Source of the DNA: Pseudomonadota bacterium
GTDB lineage: Archaea; Thermoplasmatota; SW-10-69-26; JACQPN01; JAJPHT01
Length of the DNA stretch: 64,000 bases
Assembly: GCA_021325135.1 (NCBI GenBank)
Contig: JAJPHT010000029.1
Coordinates: 96,001-160,000 of the forward strand
Direction: 5' to 3'
Shown here: positions 49,536-58,880 of the stretch, piece after piece
Layout of the letters: each line of letters opens with the position of its first letter
How positions within the stretch are numbered: position 1 is the first letter of the stretch
Program-made: the position numbers and the translations under genes
Notes under the pieces: model-generated
Told to the model about the DNA's origin: nothing
Seen by the model: only the letters and a program-made list of their open reading frames with translations
The model's database searches: none

Positions 49536-49986
49536 ATGGCCACGCCCGCGAACCTCCCCCGCGTCATCCTGGTGCCGGTCGACTTCTCGCCCGCCTCCGA
49601 GCGCGCCGTCGCCCACGCGGCCCTCGTCGCGAAGGCCAGCGGCGCGCGCGTCGTCCTCCTCCACGCCATCGACCCCGCGCCTCCCCCCCCCCGCCGCGGC
49701 GGGCGCGGTCTACGGCGCCGCCATCGACGTGGCCGCCATCGAGGAGGAGAGCAAGGCGGGCCTCCACCGCCTGGCCCAGGGCCTCAAGGCGCAGGGCATC
49801 TCCTCCGTGGAGTCGATCCGCGTGGGCTCCGTGCCGGGCGAGATCCTCCGCGGCGCGGCCGAGGCGCATGCGGACCTCCTCGTCATGGGCACGCACGGCC
49901 GCACGGGCCTCGCCCGCATGCTCCTGGGCAGCGTCGCCGAGCAGGTCGCGAAGCGCGCCGAGACGCAGGTCGTCCTCGTCCGTTAG
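49536..49986 (+). pseudogene. Universal stress protein split by a frameshift in a C10 tract
   Basis: ILVPVDFS..S in one frame and LLVMGTHGRTG..LLGSVAE in another; junction at C10, 49683-49692. Confidence 0.85.
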
Positions 49987-50441
49987 CGCGCGAGGTAGGC
50001 GTCCAGCTCGCCCACGACGCCGCGGGCCAGCCGCCGGATGGCGGGCTTGGCGACGGGCCAGACCAGCGCGCGGGCGGCCCAGTGGCGCGGCTCGAAGGCG
50101 CCCTCCACCGTGACGGCCGTCCTCCCTTCAGGCGTCGGCGCCAAACTCCAGCGGCTCGCCGCCGAGGCGAACGGGCCCGCGGCCCCGTCGAGCCGGTACG
50201 CCAGCGAGCGGCCCGGCTCGTACTCGGTGAGCGTCTCCGTCACCTCGCTGCGCCCCAGGAGCGGACGCGGAAGGCGGCAGCGCCGCGACGTGCCGACGCG
50301 CACCTCGGCCGTGTCGCGCTCGCAGTGGGCGACGGAGCGCGTCCAGCGGTGCTCCGTGCCGAAGTCGCCCAGCACCCGCCACACCTCTTCAGGAGACGCG
50401 TCCACGACGCGCGAGGTGGAGAAGCGGAGCGTCACGGGCAT
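49983..50441 (-). CDS. SRPBCC (polyketide cyclase-like) protein
   Basis: VDASPEEVWRVLGDF...W, VGTSR. Confidence 0.85.
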   Translation of the reverse strand: MPVTLRFSTSRVVDASPEEVWRVLGDFGTEHRWTRSVAHCERDTAEVRVGTSRRCRLPRPLLGRSEVTETLTEYEPGRSLAYRLDGAAGPFASAASRWSLAPTPEGRTAVTVEGAFEPRHWAARALVWPVAKPAIRRLARGVVGELDAYLAR

Positions 50442-50451
50442 CGCCCCGTGC

Positions 50452-50688
50452 TCAGGGGGAGATGTAGATGATGTTGTCCCCGCGGACGATGACCATCTCG
50501 CGCTTGGTGGTGGTCTCCTCGGGGGTGCCCACGTTGTGGACCTCGTCGACGGCCTTGAGCACGAGGTTGAGGTGCGGGTGGTCGTAGCCGTCCAGCGTGC
50601 CCCGGTACTCGCGCTTGCCGCGGAGGTGGACGATGACGCGCTTGTTGAGGCTGGCGTTGAGGACGTCCAGGGGGCGCTTCTTCGACAT
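50452..50688 (-). CDS. Sm-like archaeal protein (LSm)
   Basis: RPLDVL, GTLDGYD.HLNLVL, IVRGDNIIYISP. Confidence 0.95.
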   Translation of the reverse strand: MSKKRPLDVLNASLNKRVIVHLRGKREYRGTLDGYDHPHLNLVLKAVDEVHNVGTPEETTTKREMVIVRGDNIIYISP

Positions 50689-50828
50689 GACGCCGCGCAA
50701 GCCCCCGCGCGCTATATGGTCCTTGCGACCGGCGTGGCGCTCCGCGTGCCCCCCGCGCTGCGCGGCCGATGGGGCTATGCGGCGGCGGGCCGCTGAAGCG
50801 GCGCCCCCTCGGGGCAGAGGCTTGCGAC

Positions 50829-51059
50829 ATGAAGACCACCCTCGTCCTGACGGCCGCGCTCGCCCTTGCGGGCACCGGCCTCTTCCTGGCCCCCTCGGCC
50901 AGCGCGTGCACCGACCGCCTCGACTGCCAGGGCCCGCCCGGCTTCGGCCACTGCTACGTCACCTACGAGAACAGCGACGACCTCCTGGCGACGCTGGTGT
51001 CCCCCGCGCCCGACCTCCCCAACGAGCGCGTGCCCAGCGGCTACGAGTGCGTGTGGTGA
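50829..51059 (+). CDS. Small secreted 4-Cys peptide A
   Basis: Signal ending ASA|CTDRLDCQGPPGFGHC...ERVPSGYECVW. Confidence 0.7.
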   Translation: MKTTLVLTAALALAGTGLFLAPSASACTDRLDCQGPPGFGHCYVTYENSDDLLATLVSPAPDLPNERVPSGYECVW

Positions 51060-51063
51060 CCCC

Positions 51064-51246
51064 GTGCGCGCCCTCCTCCTTGGCCTGATCGTCCTGGGCG
51101 CCTGCTTCGTCGTCGCGCCCGTGGCGGACGCGTGCATCCCGCCCAACTGCCCCGGCTTCGGGGACTGCCACGTCCGCACCACCGACATGGTTCTCCCCAC
51201 GGGGGACCAGGAGCGCGTCCCGACGGGGCTCGACTGCTACTATTGA
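51064..51246 (+). CDS. Small secreted 4-Cys peptide B (paralog of A)
   Basis: GTG start; ADA|CIPPNCPGFGDC...ERVPTGLDCYY. Confidence 0.7.
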   Translation: MRALLLGLIVLGACFVVAPVADACIPPNCPGFGDCHVRTTDMVLPTGDQERVPTGLDCYY

Positions 51247-51285
51247 TCGAGCGAGCGACGTTGCAGCAAGGCTTCTCGCTTTCTT

Positions 51286-51307
51286 GCTGGGGGCGGAGCC
51301 CCCAGCG
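51286..51307. repeat. REP-like hairpin
   Basis: GCTGGGGGCGGAGCCCCCAGC. Confidence 0.65.
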
Positions 51308-51384
51308 ACCTGCAAGCAAAGGGCCCAGCCGAAAAGGCTGAGCGAGCCAAACGCTGAAGCCCCGCGACCGGCCTGCGTCGGCCG

Positions 51385-52218
51385 ATGCCCCGCGTGGTGA
51401 ACCTCACCGTGACGGGCGCCGACCGGACCGGCGTCGTCGCGCGCTTCACGAGCTTCCTCTTCGAGCGGGGCGCCAACATCGAGGCCCTCGAGGAGCGCGT
51501 GCGCCGCGGCGAGTTCCACATGCTCGTCCAGGCCAGCTTCGCCAAGGTGGACGAGAAGGCGCTGCGCCGCGACCTCGCCGCCGTGGGCAAGGAGCTGGGC
51601 ATGGCGGTGCGCGTGCAGGTGCACGACCCCAAGGCGAAGCGCAAGGTCGCGCTCCTGGTCACCAAGGAGCCCCACGCCATGGAGGCCGTCATGGACGCGG
51701 TGGCCAAGGAGCGCCTCGCCATGGAGCCGGTGCTCGTCCTCTCCAACCGCAAGGACCTCGCCCCCCTCGCCGCGCGCCACGCCCTCCCCTTCCACCACGT
51801 CCCGTGGACGAAGCCCGACGTGGGCGAGGCGCGCGCGCTCAAGGTGCTGGAGAAGGCCGAGGTCGACCTCCTGGCGCTGGCGCGCTTCATGCGCATCCTC
51901 AGCCCCGCCTTCGTCTGGCGCTACCCCAACCAGATCGTGAACGTCCACCCCAGCCTGCTTCCGGCCTTCCCCGGCGCGTCGGCCTACCGCCAGGCGTGGG
52001 AGCACGGCGTCCGCGTCGCAGGCGCCACCGCGCACTTCGTCACGCCCGACCTCGACCAAGGCCCCATCCTCGCCCAGCGCGCCTTCCCGGTGCTCCGCGG
52101 CGAGAGCGTGGACGAGATCAAGCGCAAGGGGCAGCAGGCCGAGTCCGAGGCGCTCGTGGAAGCCCTCGCGATGGTGCTCAAGGAGGACCTGGACGTGCAC
52201 TGGGGCCGCGTCTGGTGA
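51385..52218 (+). CDS. purU: Formyltetrahydrofolate deformylase
   Basis: N-terminal ACT domain (GADRTGVVA), LARFMRILS, NVHPSLLPAFPGA, GATAHFVT..LDQGPI. Confidence 0.9.
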   Translation: MPRVVNLTVTGADRTGVVARFTSFLFERGANIEALEERVRRGEFHMLVQASFAKVDEKALRRDLAAVGKELGMAVRVQVHDPKAKRKVALLVTKEPHAMEAVMDAVAKERLAMEPVLVLSNRKDLAPLAARHALPFHHVPWTKPDVGEARALKVLEKAEVDLLALARFMRILSPAFVWRYPNQIVNVHPSLLPAFPGASAYRQAWEHGVRVAGATAHFVTPDLDQGPILAQRAFPVLRGESVDEIKRKGQQAESEALVEALAMVLKEDLDVHWGRVW

Positions 52219-52233
52219 GAGGCCCTCTGGTCA

Positions 52234-52338
52234 GGGGTCCAAAGAACGCGATGAGCGCGAAGAGCGCAAAGGACGCGACGACAAAAGGAACCTTTGCGAC
52301 CTTGGCGCTCTTCGCGCTCATCGCGTTCTTTGGACCCC
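52234..52338. repeat. Perfect 34-bp inverted repeat with 9-nt internal periodicity
   Basis: Arms at 52234-52267 and 52305-52338. Confidence 0.85.
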
Positions 52339-52413
52339 CAAGACCAGGGAGGCATCCATCGGGCGCAGGAAACCCCGCAATGCTCATCCACGGTCGGCGC
52401 CCATGAGCCGGTC

Positions 52414-52659
52414 ATGAGCCTCTTCGGCAAGAAGGAGAGCGTCACCCTGCGCATCCAGGGGATGACGTGCGCCAACTGCCAGAAGCACGTGGGCGACGCG
52501 CTGCGCAGCGTACCCGGAGTGGCCAGCGCGACGGTGGACCTCGTCTTCCACCGCGCCAACGTCACCTACGACCCGGAGAAGGCGACCCTCGAGGATATGG
52601 AAGCTGCGGTGGAGCGAGCCGGCTACCGCGCCGAGCCCTCGGGGGCGCCGCGCGCGTGA
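52414..52659 (+). CDS. Heavy-metal-associated domain protein (CopZ-like)
   Basis: GMTCANC. Confidence 0.9.
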   Translation: MSLFGKKESVTLRIQGMTCANCQKHVGDALRSVPGVASATVDLVFHRANVTYDPEKATLEDMEAAVERAGYRAEPSGAPRA

Positions 52660-53717
52660 ACGTGCAGCCCTTCGAGCTGGCGCGCTTCCAGCACGAGAAC
52701 CGCCACCGCGCCCGCGTCGTCCTTGGGGGCAGCGGCATCGCGCCCGCGCCCGCCGCCGAGCTTCCGCGCGCGGAGCCCACGTTCTCGGACGCCGACGAGC
52801 CCGCCTTCGCCCGCGCCGTCGCGCGCGCCCGCGGCGTGCCCGTGGAGAGCGTGCTGCCCACCGTGGGCGGGACCGAGGCGCTCTTCGTCGCGCTCTTCGG
52901 CCTCGTCTCGCCGGGCGACCGCGTCCTCGTGGAGACGCCGACGTACTTCCCCCTCCACGAGATCCCCCGCGCGCTGGGCGCCCGCGTGCAGGCGCTTCCG
53001 CGCGCGCTGGAGGAGGGGTGGCGCCTCGATGTGGACGAGGCCATCCGCCTGCTGGACGACGACGTCAGCGTCGTCGCGCTGGCGAGCCCCAACAACCCCA
53101 CCGGGCGCCTCACGCCCGCGCGCGACCTCGCGCGCCTCGCGGCGGCCTGCGAGGAGGTGGGCGCGTGGGTCGTCGTGGACGAGGTGTTCGCGCCGCTGGT
53201 CCAGCCGCGCCCCCGCGCCGCGCACTCGCTTCATCCGCGCATCGTCAGCACGGGGAGCCTCACCAAGTGCCAGGGGCTCCCGGGCCTGCGCGCCGGATGG
53301 GCCCTCGCCGCGCCCGAGGCGATGCAGTCGATGAAGCGCGCCAAGGGGCTCTCCAGCATCATCGGCCCCTCGCTCTCTGTGCCCTACGCCATCGAGGCGT
53401 TGCAGCGAGAGGACGCGCTCCTCGCCCGCGCGCTGCGCATCACCCACGCCAACCACGCGCGCTGGCGCGGCTTCGCGCAGGCGCGCCACGCGCTCCAGTG
53501 GCGCGAGCCGGACTGCCCGCTCATCGCGGCGGTCAAGCTCCCGGAGGGCGTCGACGACGTGAAGCACTGCGAGGCGCTGCTGGAGGAGGAGGGCGTCCTC
53601 CTGGTGCCGGGCTCCTTCGTGGGCCTCCCGGGCTTCGTGCGCGTGGGCTTCGGCGCCGAGCCGGAGGCGTTCGCCCAAGGCCTCGAAGGCTGGGGCCGCC
53701 TGCTGGACACCGTATGA
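52656..53717 (+). CDS. PLP-dependent aminotransferase, class I/II
   Basis: SPNNPTG, DEVF, SLTK..GLPGLRAGW; GTGA overlap with the upstream gene. Confidence 0.9.
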   Translation: MNVQPFELARFQHENRHRARVVLGGSGIAPAPAAELPRAEPTFSDADEPAFARAVARARGVPVESVLPTVGGTEALFVALFGLVSPGDRVLVETPTYFPLHEIPRALGARVQALPRALEEGWRLDVDEAIRLLDDDVSVVALASPNNPTGRLTPARDLARLAAACEEVGAWVVVDEVFAPLVQPRPRAAHSLHPRIVSTGSLTKCQGLPGLRAGWALAAPEAMQSMKRAKGLSSIIGPSLSVPYAIEALQREDALLARALRITHANHARWRGFAQARHALQWREPDCPLIAAVKLPEGVDDVKHCEALLEEEGVLLVPGSFVGLPGFVRVGFGAEPEAFAQGLEGWGRLLDTV

Positions 53718-53780
53718 GTGTCACCCCGCGGGGCCGCGGAACCGTTTATCCCGCGCCGCGCGCTGCATGGCCGATCCCCC

Positions 53781-55121
53781 ATGGGCCCCGCGCGCCTCGC
53801 CCCGCTCCTCGTCCTGCTTCTCCTCGCGGCCGGCGCTGGCGCGGGCCCCCTCCGCGGCGCCGCCGGCACGGCCAGCGTGCCCGTCTTCGCCGCGCCAGTC
53901 GTCATCGCGGCGGACGTCGCCACCGGAGAGCCCAGCCTCGTCGTCGACCCCAACGACGCCTCTCGCCTCTACGTCGCGGCGCCCGACTCGCCCGCCACCG
54001 ACGTGTGGACCTCCGCCGACGGGGGCGCCTCGTGGCTGCGCGCGCCCGACACGCTGGGCGCCAGCGGCGACTCCAGCCTCGCCGTGGACGCGGCGGGCGC
54101 GCTCTACGCGGCGGACCTCTGCTCGGTGTCGGGCCACGGCGACGTGCCCGTCTCCGTGAGCGAGGACCACGCCGCGACGTGGGCGCGCGTCGTCAACGTC
54201 GCCACCGAGTCGAGCGGCTGCGGCAGCGCGGACCGCCAGTGGGTCCTCGCCGCGGGCGCGGGCCACGCCTACGCCATCTGGAACGACGGCGACACGTACT
54301 TCAGCAAGACCACCGACGGCGGCCGCACCTGGCTGCCGCCCCTCTCCATCTCCTCCAACGTCATCCTGGGCGGGCCCCTCGCGCGCGACGGCGCGGGCAC
54401 GCTCTACACCGCCTACGACGACGGGCTGGAGATCCACCTCCTGCGCAGCTTCGACGACGGCCTCACCTGGGTGGACACCAAGGCGGCGGACGAGAACGGC
54501 GCGCTGCGCGACTTCGCCACGCACCCCCTGGGCACCGTCAACTCCTTCGTCGTGGCGGCCGCCGACGAGCACGGCAACGTCTACGTCGTCTGGTCCGAGG
54601 AGAAGGACGTCGTCCTCGTGGCGAGCCGCGACGGCGGCGCGACCTTCGGGCCGCGCGTGACCGTGACGCAGGGCAAGACCGGCGTCTTCCCGTGGGTCGT
54701 CGCGGGGCCCAGCTCGGGCGTCGACGTGGCGTTCTACGAGTCGAACCAGAACCTGGAGCCCGACCAGGGGCAGGCGATCACCACCTGGCACGTGACGCTC
54801 GCGCAGAGCTTCGACGCCGCCAGCGCCGCGCCCACCTTCACGCTGACGCCCGTCTCCGGCGTCGTCCACCGCGGAAGCATCTGCACGACCGGCATCGCCT
54901 GCGCGGGCCCGCAGAACTTCCTCGGGGTGGGCGGCGTGCCCACACCGGGCGACCGCAGGCTCTACGACTTCTTCGAGATGCGCGTCGACCCCGCGGGCAA
55001 CGCCCTGGTGGCCTACCCCGTGGACCGCTGGATCGTGGACACCAAGGACCCCTTCGACGCGGTGTTCTCTGACGAGTCGTTCACCTTCTCGCGCCAGGTG
55101 GACGGCCCCACGCTGGGCTGA
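53781..55121 (+). CDS. Secreted sialidase-like (Asp-box) beta-propeller protein
   Basis: Signal peptide; S.DGG.TW repeats; DRQW. Confidence 0.85.
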   Translation: MGPARLAPLLVLLLLAAGAGAGPLRGAAGTASVPVFAAPVVIAADVATGEPSLVVDPNDASRLYVAAPDSPATDVWTSADGGASWLRAPDTLGASGDSSLAVDAAGALYAADLCSVSGHGDVPVSVSEDHAATWARVVNVATESSGCGSADRQWVLAAGAGHAYAIWNDGDTYFSKTTDGGRTWLPPLSISSNVILGGPLARDGAGTLYTAYDDGLEIHLLRSFDDGLTWVDTKAADENGALRDFATHPLGTVNSFVVAAADEHGNVYVVWSEEKDVVLVASRDGGATFGPRVTVTQGKTGVFPWVVAGPSSGVDVAFYESNQNLEPDQGQAITTWHVTLAQSFDAASAAPTFTLTPVSGVVHRGSICTTGIACAGPQNFLGVGGVPTPGDRRLYDFFEMRVDPAGNALVAYPVDRWIVDTKDPFDAVFSDESFTFSRQVDGPTLG

Positions 55122-55291
55122 GCGGACGCGTTCTGCCCTGCAAAACGTCGACGCCGTGATGCCCGGGAGGCGCATCCCGGACTGCTCCACGCCGGCCGCC
55201 CGCCCTCCTTCTGCCCCCAAACCGACTCCCACGGGGGGCCCGCGGCCGGCGCGGAGACAAACCTTTTTCCGCCTCCTGGCATCGCGGGGCG

Positions 55292-56455
55292 ATGATCCCG
55301 CGAGCGTCCGTCCAGGAGGCCATCGCCCGCTACGACCCGCGCCGCCTGACCGTGGGCGCCATCGGCAGCCACTCCGCGCTGGACGTGGCCGACGGCGCCG
55401 CGGACGAAGGGCTCCGCACGCTGGTGGTCGCGCAGCAGGGGCGCGAGCGGACCTACGCGCGCTACTTCAAGGCGCACCGCGCCGCCGACGGGCGGCTCCT
55501 GCGCGGCGCGGTGGACGAGTGCCTCGTGCTCCCGAAGTTCGGCGACGTCGTGCAGGACGCGCACCAGCAGCACCTCCTCTCGCGCAGCACCGTGTGGGTG
55601 CCCAACCGCAGCTTCACCGTCTACTGCGGCATCGACAACGTGGAGGACAAGTGGCGCGTGCCCATCTTCGGCAACCGCGCGATGCTGCGCACCGAGGAGC
55701 GCACCGAGAGCCGCGACTACTACTGGCTCCTGGAGCGGGCGGGCCTCCCCTTCCCCGAGAAGATCAAGGACCCGCGCGACATCACCGAGCTTGCCATCGT
55801 GAAGCTCCACCACGCCAAGAAGAAGCTGGAGCGCGGCTTCTTCACCGCGGCCTCGTACAAGGAGTACCAGGAGAAGAGCGGCGAGCTGCTCTCGCAGGGC
55901 GTGATCGACGAGGAGAGCCTGGAGAAGGCGCGCATCGAGCGCTACGTCATCGGCCCCGTGTTCAACTTCAACTTCTTCTACAGCCCCCTCGCGGCGCGCC
56001 ACGGCGAGGAGCCCTTGGAATTGCTGGGTGTCGACTGGCGCTTCGAGTCGAGCCTGGACGGCCACGTGCGCCTCCCCGCGGCGCAGCAGCTCACGCTCCA
56101 GGGCAAGCAGAGGATCCCCGAGATGACCGTCGTGGGCCACAACACGGCCACCGTGCGCGAGAGCCTCCTGGAGGACGCCTTCGCGCTGGGCGAGAAGTTC
56201 GTGAAGGCGGCGCAGGAGCACTACGCGCCCGGCATCATCGGCCCCTTCTGCCTCCAGACGTGCGTGGACAAGGACATGCGGTTCTACATCTACGACGTGG
56301 CGCCCCGCATCGGCGGCGGCACCAACGTCCACGTCGGCGTCGGCCACCCCTACGGCAACGCCCTCTGGCGCCAGCCCACCAGCACGGGGCGCCGCGTCGC
56401 CATGGAGATCAAGCGGGCGGCCGAGGAAGGGCGCCTCGCCGACGTGGTGACCTAG
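55292..56455 (+). CDS. purP: Formate-dependent FAICAR synthetase family (PurP-like ATP-grasp)
   Basis: GSHSALD, PNRSF, FGNR, ERGFF, GPFCLQ, DVAPRIGGGTN. Confidence 0.92.
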   Translation: MIPRASVQEAIARYDPRRLTVGAIGSHSALDVADGAADEGLRTLVVAQQGRERTYARYFKAHRAADGRLLRGAVDECLVLPKFGDVVQDAHQQHLLSRSTVWVPNRSFTVYCGIDNVEDKWRVPIFGNRAMLRTEERTESRDYYWLLERAGLPFPEKIKDPRDITELAIVKLHHAKKKLERGFFTAASYKEYQEKSGELLSQGVIDEESLEKARIERYVIGPVFNFNFFYSPLAARHGEEPLELLGVDWRFESSLDGHVRLPAAQQLTLQGKQRIPEMTVVGHNTATVRESLLEDAFALGEKFVKAAQEHYAPGIIGPFCLQTCVDKDMRFYIYDVAPRIGGGTNVHVGVGHPYGNALWRQPTSTGRRVAMEIKRAAEEGRLADVVT

Positions 56456-57000
56456 AGCTTCCCGCCCATCTCCAGCTGGACGCGCTTGGCCTCCAGCGCG
56501 CCGCGCTGCTGCTTCAGCTCGTCCACGAAGGAGGCGTACCCCTGCTTGCTGATCTGGCCGGTGGCCAGCATGACGCCGGCCTTGTTGATGCGGCGCGTCA
56601 GCTCGCGGATCTCCTCGTCGATGCCCGAGATGCGGCTGTCGCGGGGCGCGGCGGGCGGGGCGGCGCGGACCTCGACGGGCGAGGGGCGCAGGCGCGGCGC
56701 GGCGGGGATGGGGGCCGGGGAGTGGAGCGCGCTGGGGGTGGGCGTCGTCATGCGCGTGGCGAAGGCGATCTCCGCCGGCACGACCTGGATGGTCTCCTCG
56801 GGCGTCTGGAAGTGGAAGAGCGCCATGAGCAGGCCGCCCAGGAGGAGCACGAAGCCCACGATGGACGCCAGCGAGGCGCCGGTGAGGGTGAGGAAGGACG
56901 AGGGGAGCCACGGCGCGTGCAGCAGGCCGGCGCACAGGCTGGCCGTGCCAGCGAGGGCGAAGGCGGCGCCGACGACGAGGTGGCTCGACCCGCGTGCCAT
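56452..57000 (-). CDS. Membrane protein with C-terminal coiled coil
   Basis: Two TM helices, Pro-rich linker, helical tail. Confidence 0.6.
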   Translation of the reverse strand: MARGSSHLVVGAAFALAGTASLCAGLLHAPWLPSSFLTLTGASLASIVGFVLLLGGLLMALFHFQTPEETIQVVPAEIAFATRMTTPTPSALHSPAPIPAAPRLRPSPVEVRAAPPAAPRDSRISGIDEEIRELTRRINKAGVMLATGQISKQGYASFVDELKQQRGALEAKRVQLEMGGKL

Positions 57001-57124
57001 GGTCGATCCCTCTCCTTCGGCCGCTGGATAAGAAGGCATCGGGATCGGACCCGGGCCGGATGGCGCATCCGCCGAGGACAAACCGCCGGGGGTTGTCCCC
57101 AGGGGCCCTGGGGACCCGGGGCCT

Positions 57125-57778
57125 TCACGGCAGCGAGCTGAAGGGGACCTCGTCGTAGAGGAACGGAAGCTCCGCGGTGCAGGGCTGGGGGCCGCTGCCC
57201 ACGGGGACGAAGACGACGGCCGCGTCCACGTCCACCTCGCGCGTCTCCTGGCAGCCGCTCCCGGTGCCGGTCTGCGTGTCGTAGGCGCCCACGCCCACGC
57301 TGGCGACGTCCTGCACGGTGAACCAGCTGCTGGCGCCGATGCAGGTGCTCCGGCCCACGACGCTGGAGCACGCGCTCCCCTCGTCCTCGGGGGTGGTCTG
57401 GTCGCGCTGGTTGGCGTCGGCCTGCACGCCGGTGCCCGCGACGCCGCGCACGCCCTCGAAGGCGCCCGCGCCCGCGTCGGTCCACTGGCGGCTCTGCTGC
57501 GTGGTGCCGTCGTCGTAGGTCCACGAGCCCTGCTCCAGGTCGGCGTGCGCGTAGTCGAACGCAGGGTCGGCCTCCACGGCGTGGCTGACGTGCAGGACGT
57601 AGTCGTGGGTGAACGTCTGGCTCGGGTCGCCGAAGCTCCCGTGGTCCAGCGCGCACGCGGTGGTGTAGTTGGTGTCGGGGTACTGCTCCACGGTCACCAC
57701 GTCGCACTCGGCGTGGGCTGGGAGCGCGGCGAAGGGGAGCGCCAGAAGGACCAGGGCCAGCAGGGAACGGACTCGCAT
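57125..57778 (-). CDS. Secreted acidic hypothetical protein
   Basis: Signal ending AHA|ECD; paired Cys. Confidence 0.7.
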   Translation of the reverse strand: MRVRSLLALVLLALPFAALPAHAECDVVTVEQYPDTNYTTACALDHGSFGDPSQTFTHDYVLHVSHAVEADPAFDYAHADLEQGSWTYDDGTTQQSRQWTDAGAGAFEGVRGVAGTGVQADANQRDQTTPEDEGSACSSVVGRSTCIGASSWFTVQDVASVGVGAYDTQTGTGSGCQETREVDVDAAVVFVPVGSGPQPCTAELPFLYDEVPFSSLP

Positions 57779-58049
57779 GTCGATGCCTCTCCGCGGGCCG
57801 CAGGGCGCGCGGCGTCGATAAGCGCTTGCGTCCAAGGCCTGGGGCGAAGCCGCGAGGGCATCACCCTTCAACGCGGCGCACGACCCGCGGGAGGGCGTCC
57901 CCCGGCGGCGTGTGATAGCAAAGGACTGCCCGGGGCCCGTCCAGCCGCCATCGGCCGGCCGGCGCAGGCGCGAAGCGGCGCCTCAACCGCTTGCGCGGAA
58001 CGGCCGCCGCGGGCACGCTTTTGGTCCCGCCGCGCGCTTGCGGCTCCGC

Positions 58050-58859
58050 TTGACGACCCTCGCCCGCGAGACGCTGGAGCAGCGGCCGCGACGCAGCCCG
58101 CTCCTCCACGCCGCCGCCCTCCTGCTGGCCTTCGCCTCCTTCGCGCTGCTGGCCGCCTGGATGGCCGGCGCCCGCCAGGGGCCCCCTTCGAGGGCGTGGC
58201 TCGTCGCGGAGTGGGCGACGTGCGTCCTCTTCGCGCTGGAGTTCCTCACGCGCAGCGGCTTCCGCTGGCGGCCCGGCCGCTACGCGCTGGGGCACCTCTT
58301 CGACTTCGTCGCCGTGGTGCCCGTCCTGGCCCTGGCCAGCGCGGCAGCGCCCCTCCTCTGGATCGTCCTCGTCGCGCGCGGCGTCCGCTGCATCGACCGC
58401 GTGCTGGGCGACGGCTTCGTGCAGCGCCTGGTCCTCATCCTGGCCGAGGGGTTCGAGGAGGAGGTCGCCGACCGCGTGACGCTGCGCCTCCTGGCCCGCG
58501 CGGAGCAGAACCTCGCGGAGAGCCGCTTCGGGACCGCGGTGGGCGACGCGCTCGCGCAGAACCGCGACGCGGTCCTCGCCCGCATGCGCGCCGCCACGCC
58601 CGACGAAGGCGCGGGCCCGGCCCTGGCGCGCCTCGTGGGGCTCGACAAGGCCGTCGCGACCGCCGAGGCGCGCGCCTACGACGCCGTGGTGGAGGTGCTG
58701 CGCAGCCGCGAGGTGGACGACGCCCTGCGCGCGGCGATCGTGGGCTCCTTCGCCAACCTGCGCCAGGAGGTCGGACGCCGCGAGTGGCGGGCGCGCCTGA
58801 AGGACGTCTGGCGCCGCGGGCGCGGCCGGGCGAACGATCATACCGGACCCCGTCCGTGA
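58050..58859 (+). CDS. Ion-transport (S1-S4-like) membrane protein lacking an obvious pore domain
   Basis: EWATCVLFALEFLTR, LFDFVAVVP, ARGVRCIDR; start uncertain. Confidence 0.55.
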   Translation: MTTLARETLEQRPRRSPLLHAAALLLAFASFALLAAWMAGARQGPPSRAWLVAEWATCVLFALEFLTRSGFRWRPGRYALGHLFDFVAVVPVLALASAAAPLLWIVLVARGVRCIDRVLGDGFVQRLVLILAEGFEEEVADRVTLRLLARAEQNLAESRFGTAVGDALAQNRDAVLARMRAATPDEGAGPALARLVGLDKAVATAEARAYDAVVEVLRSREVDDALRAAIVGSFANLRQEVGRREWRARLKDVWRRGRGRANDHTGPRP

Positions 58860-58880
58860 CCCTCCCGGGTTGACCTCACC

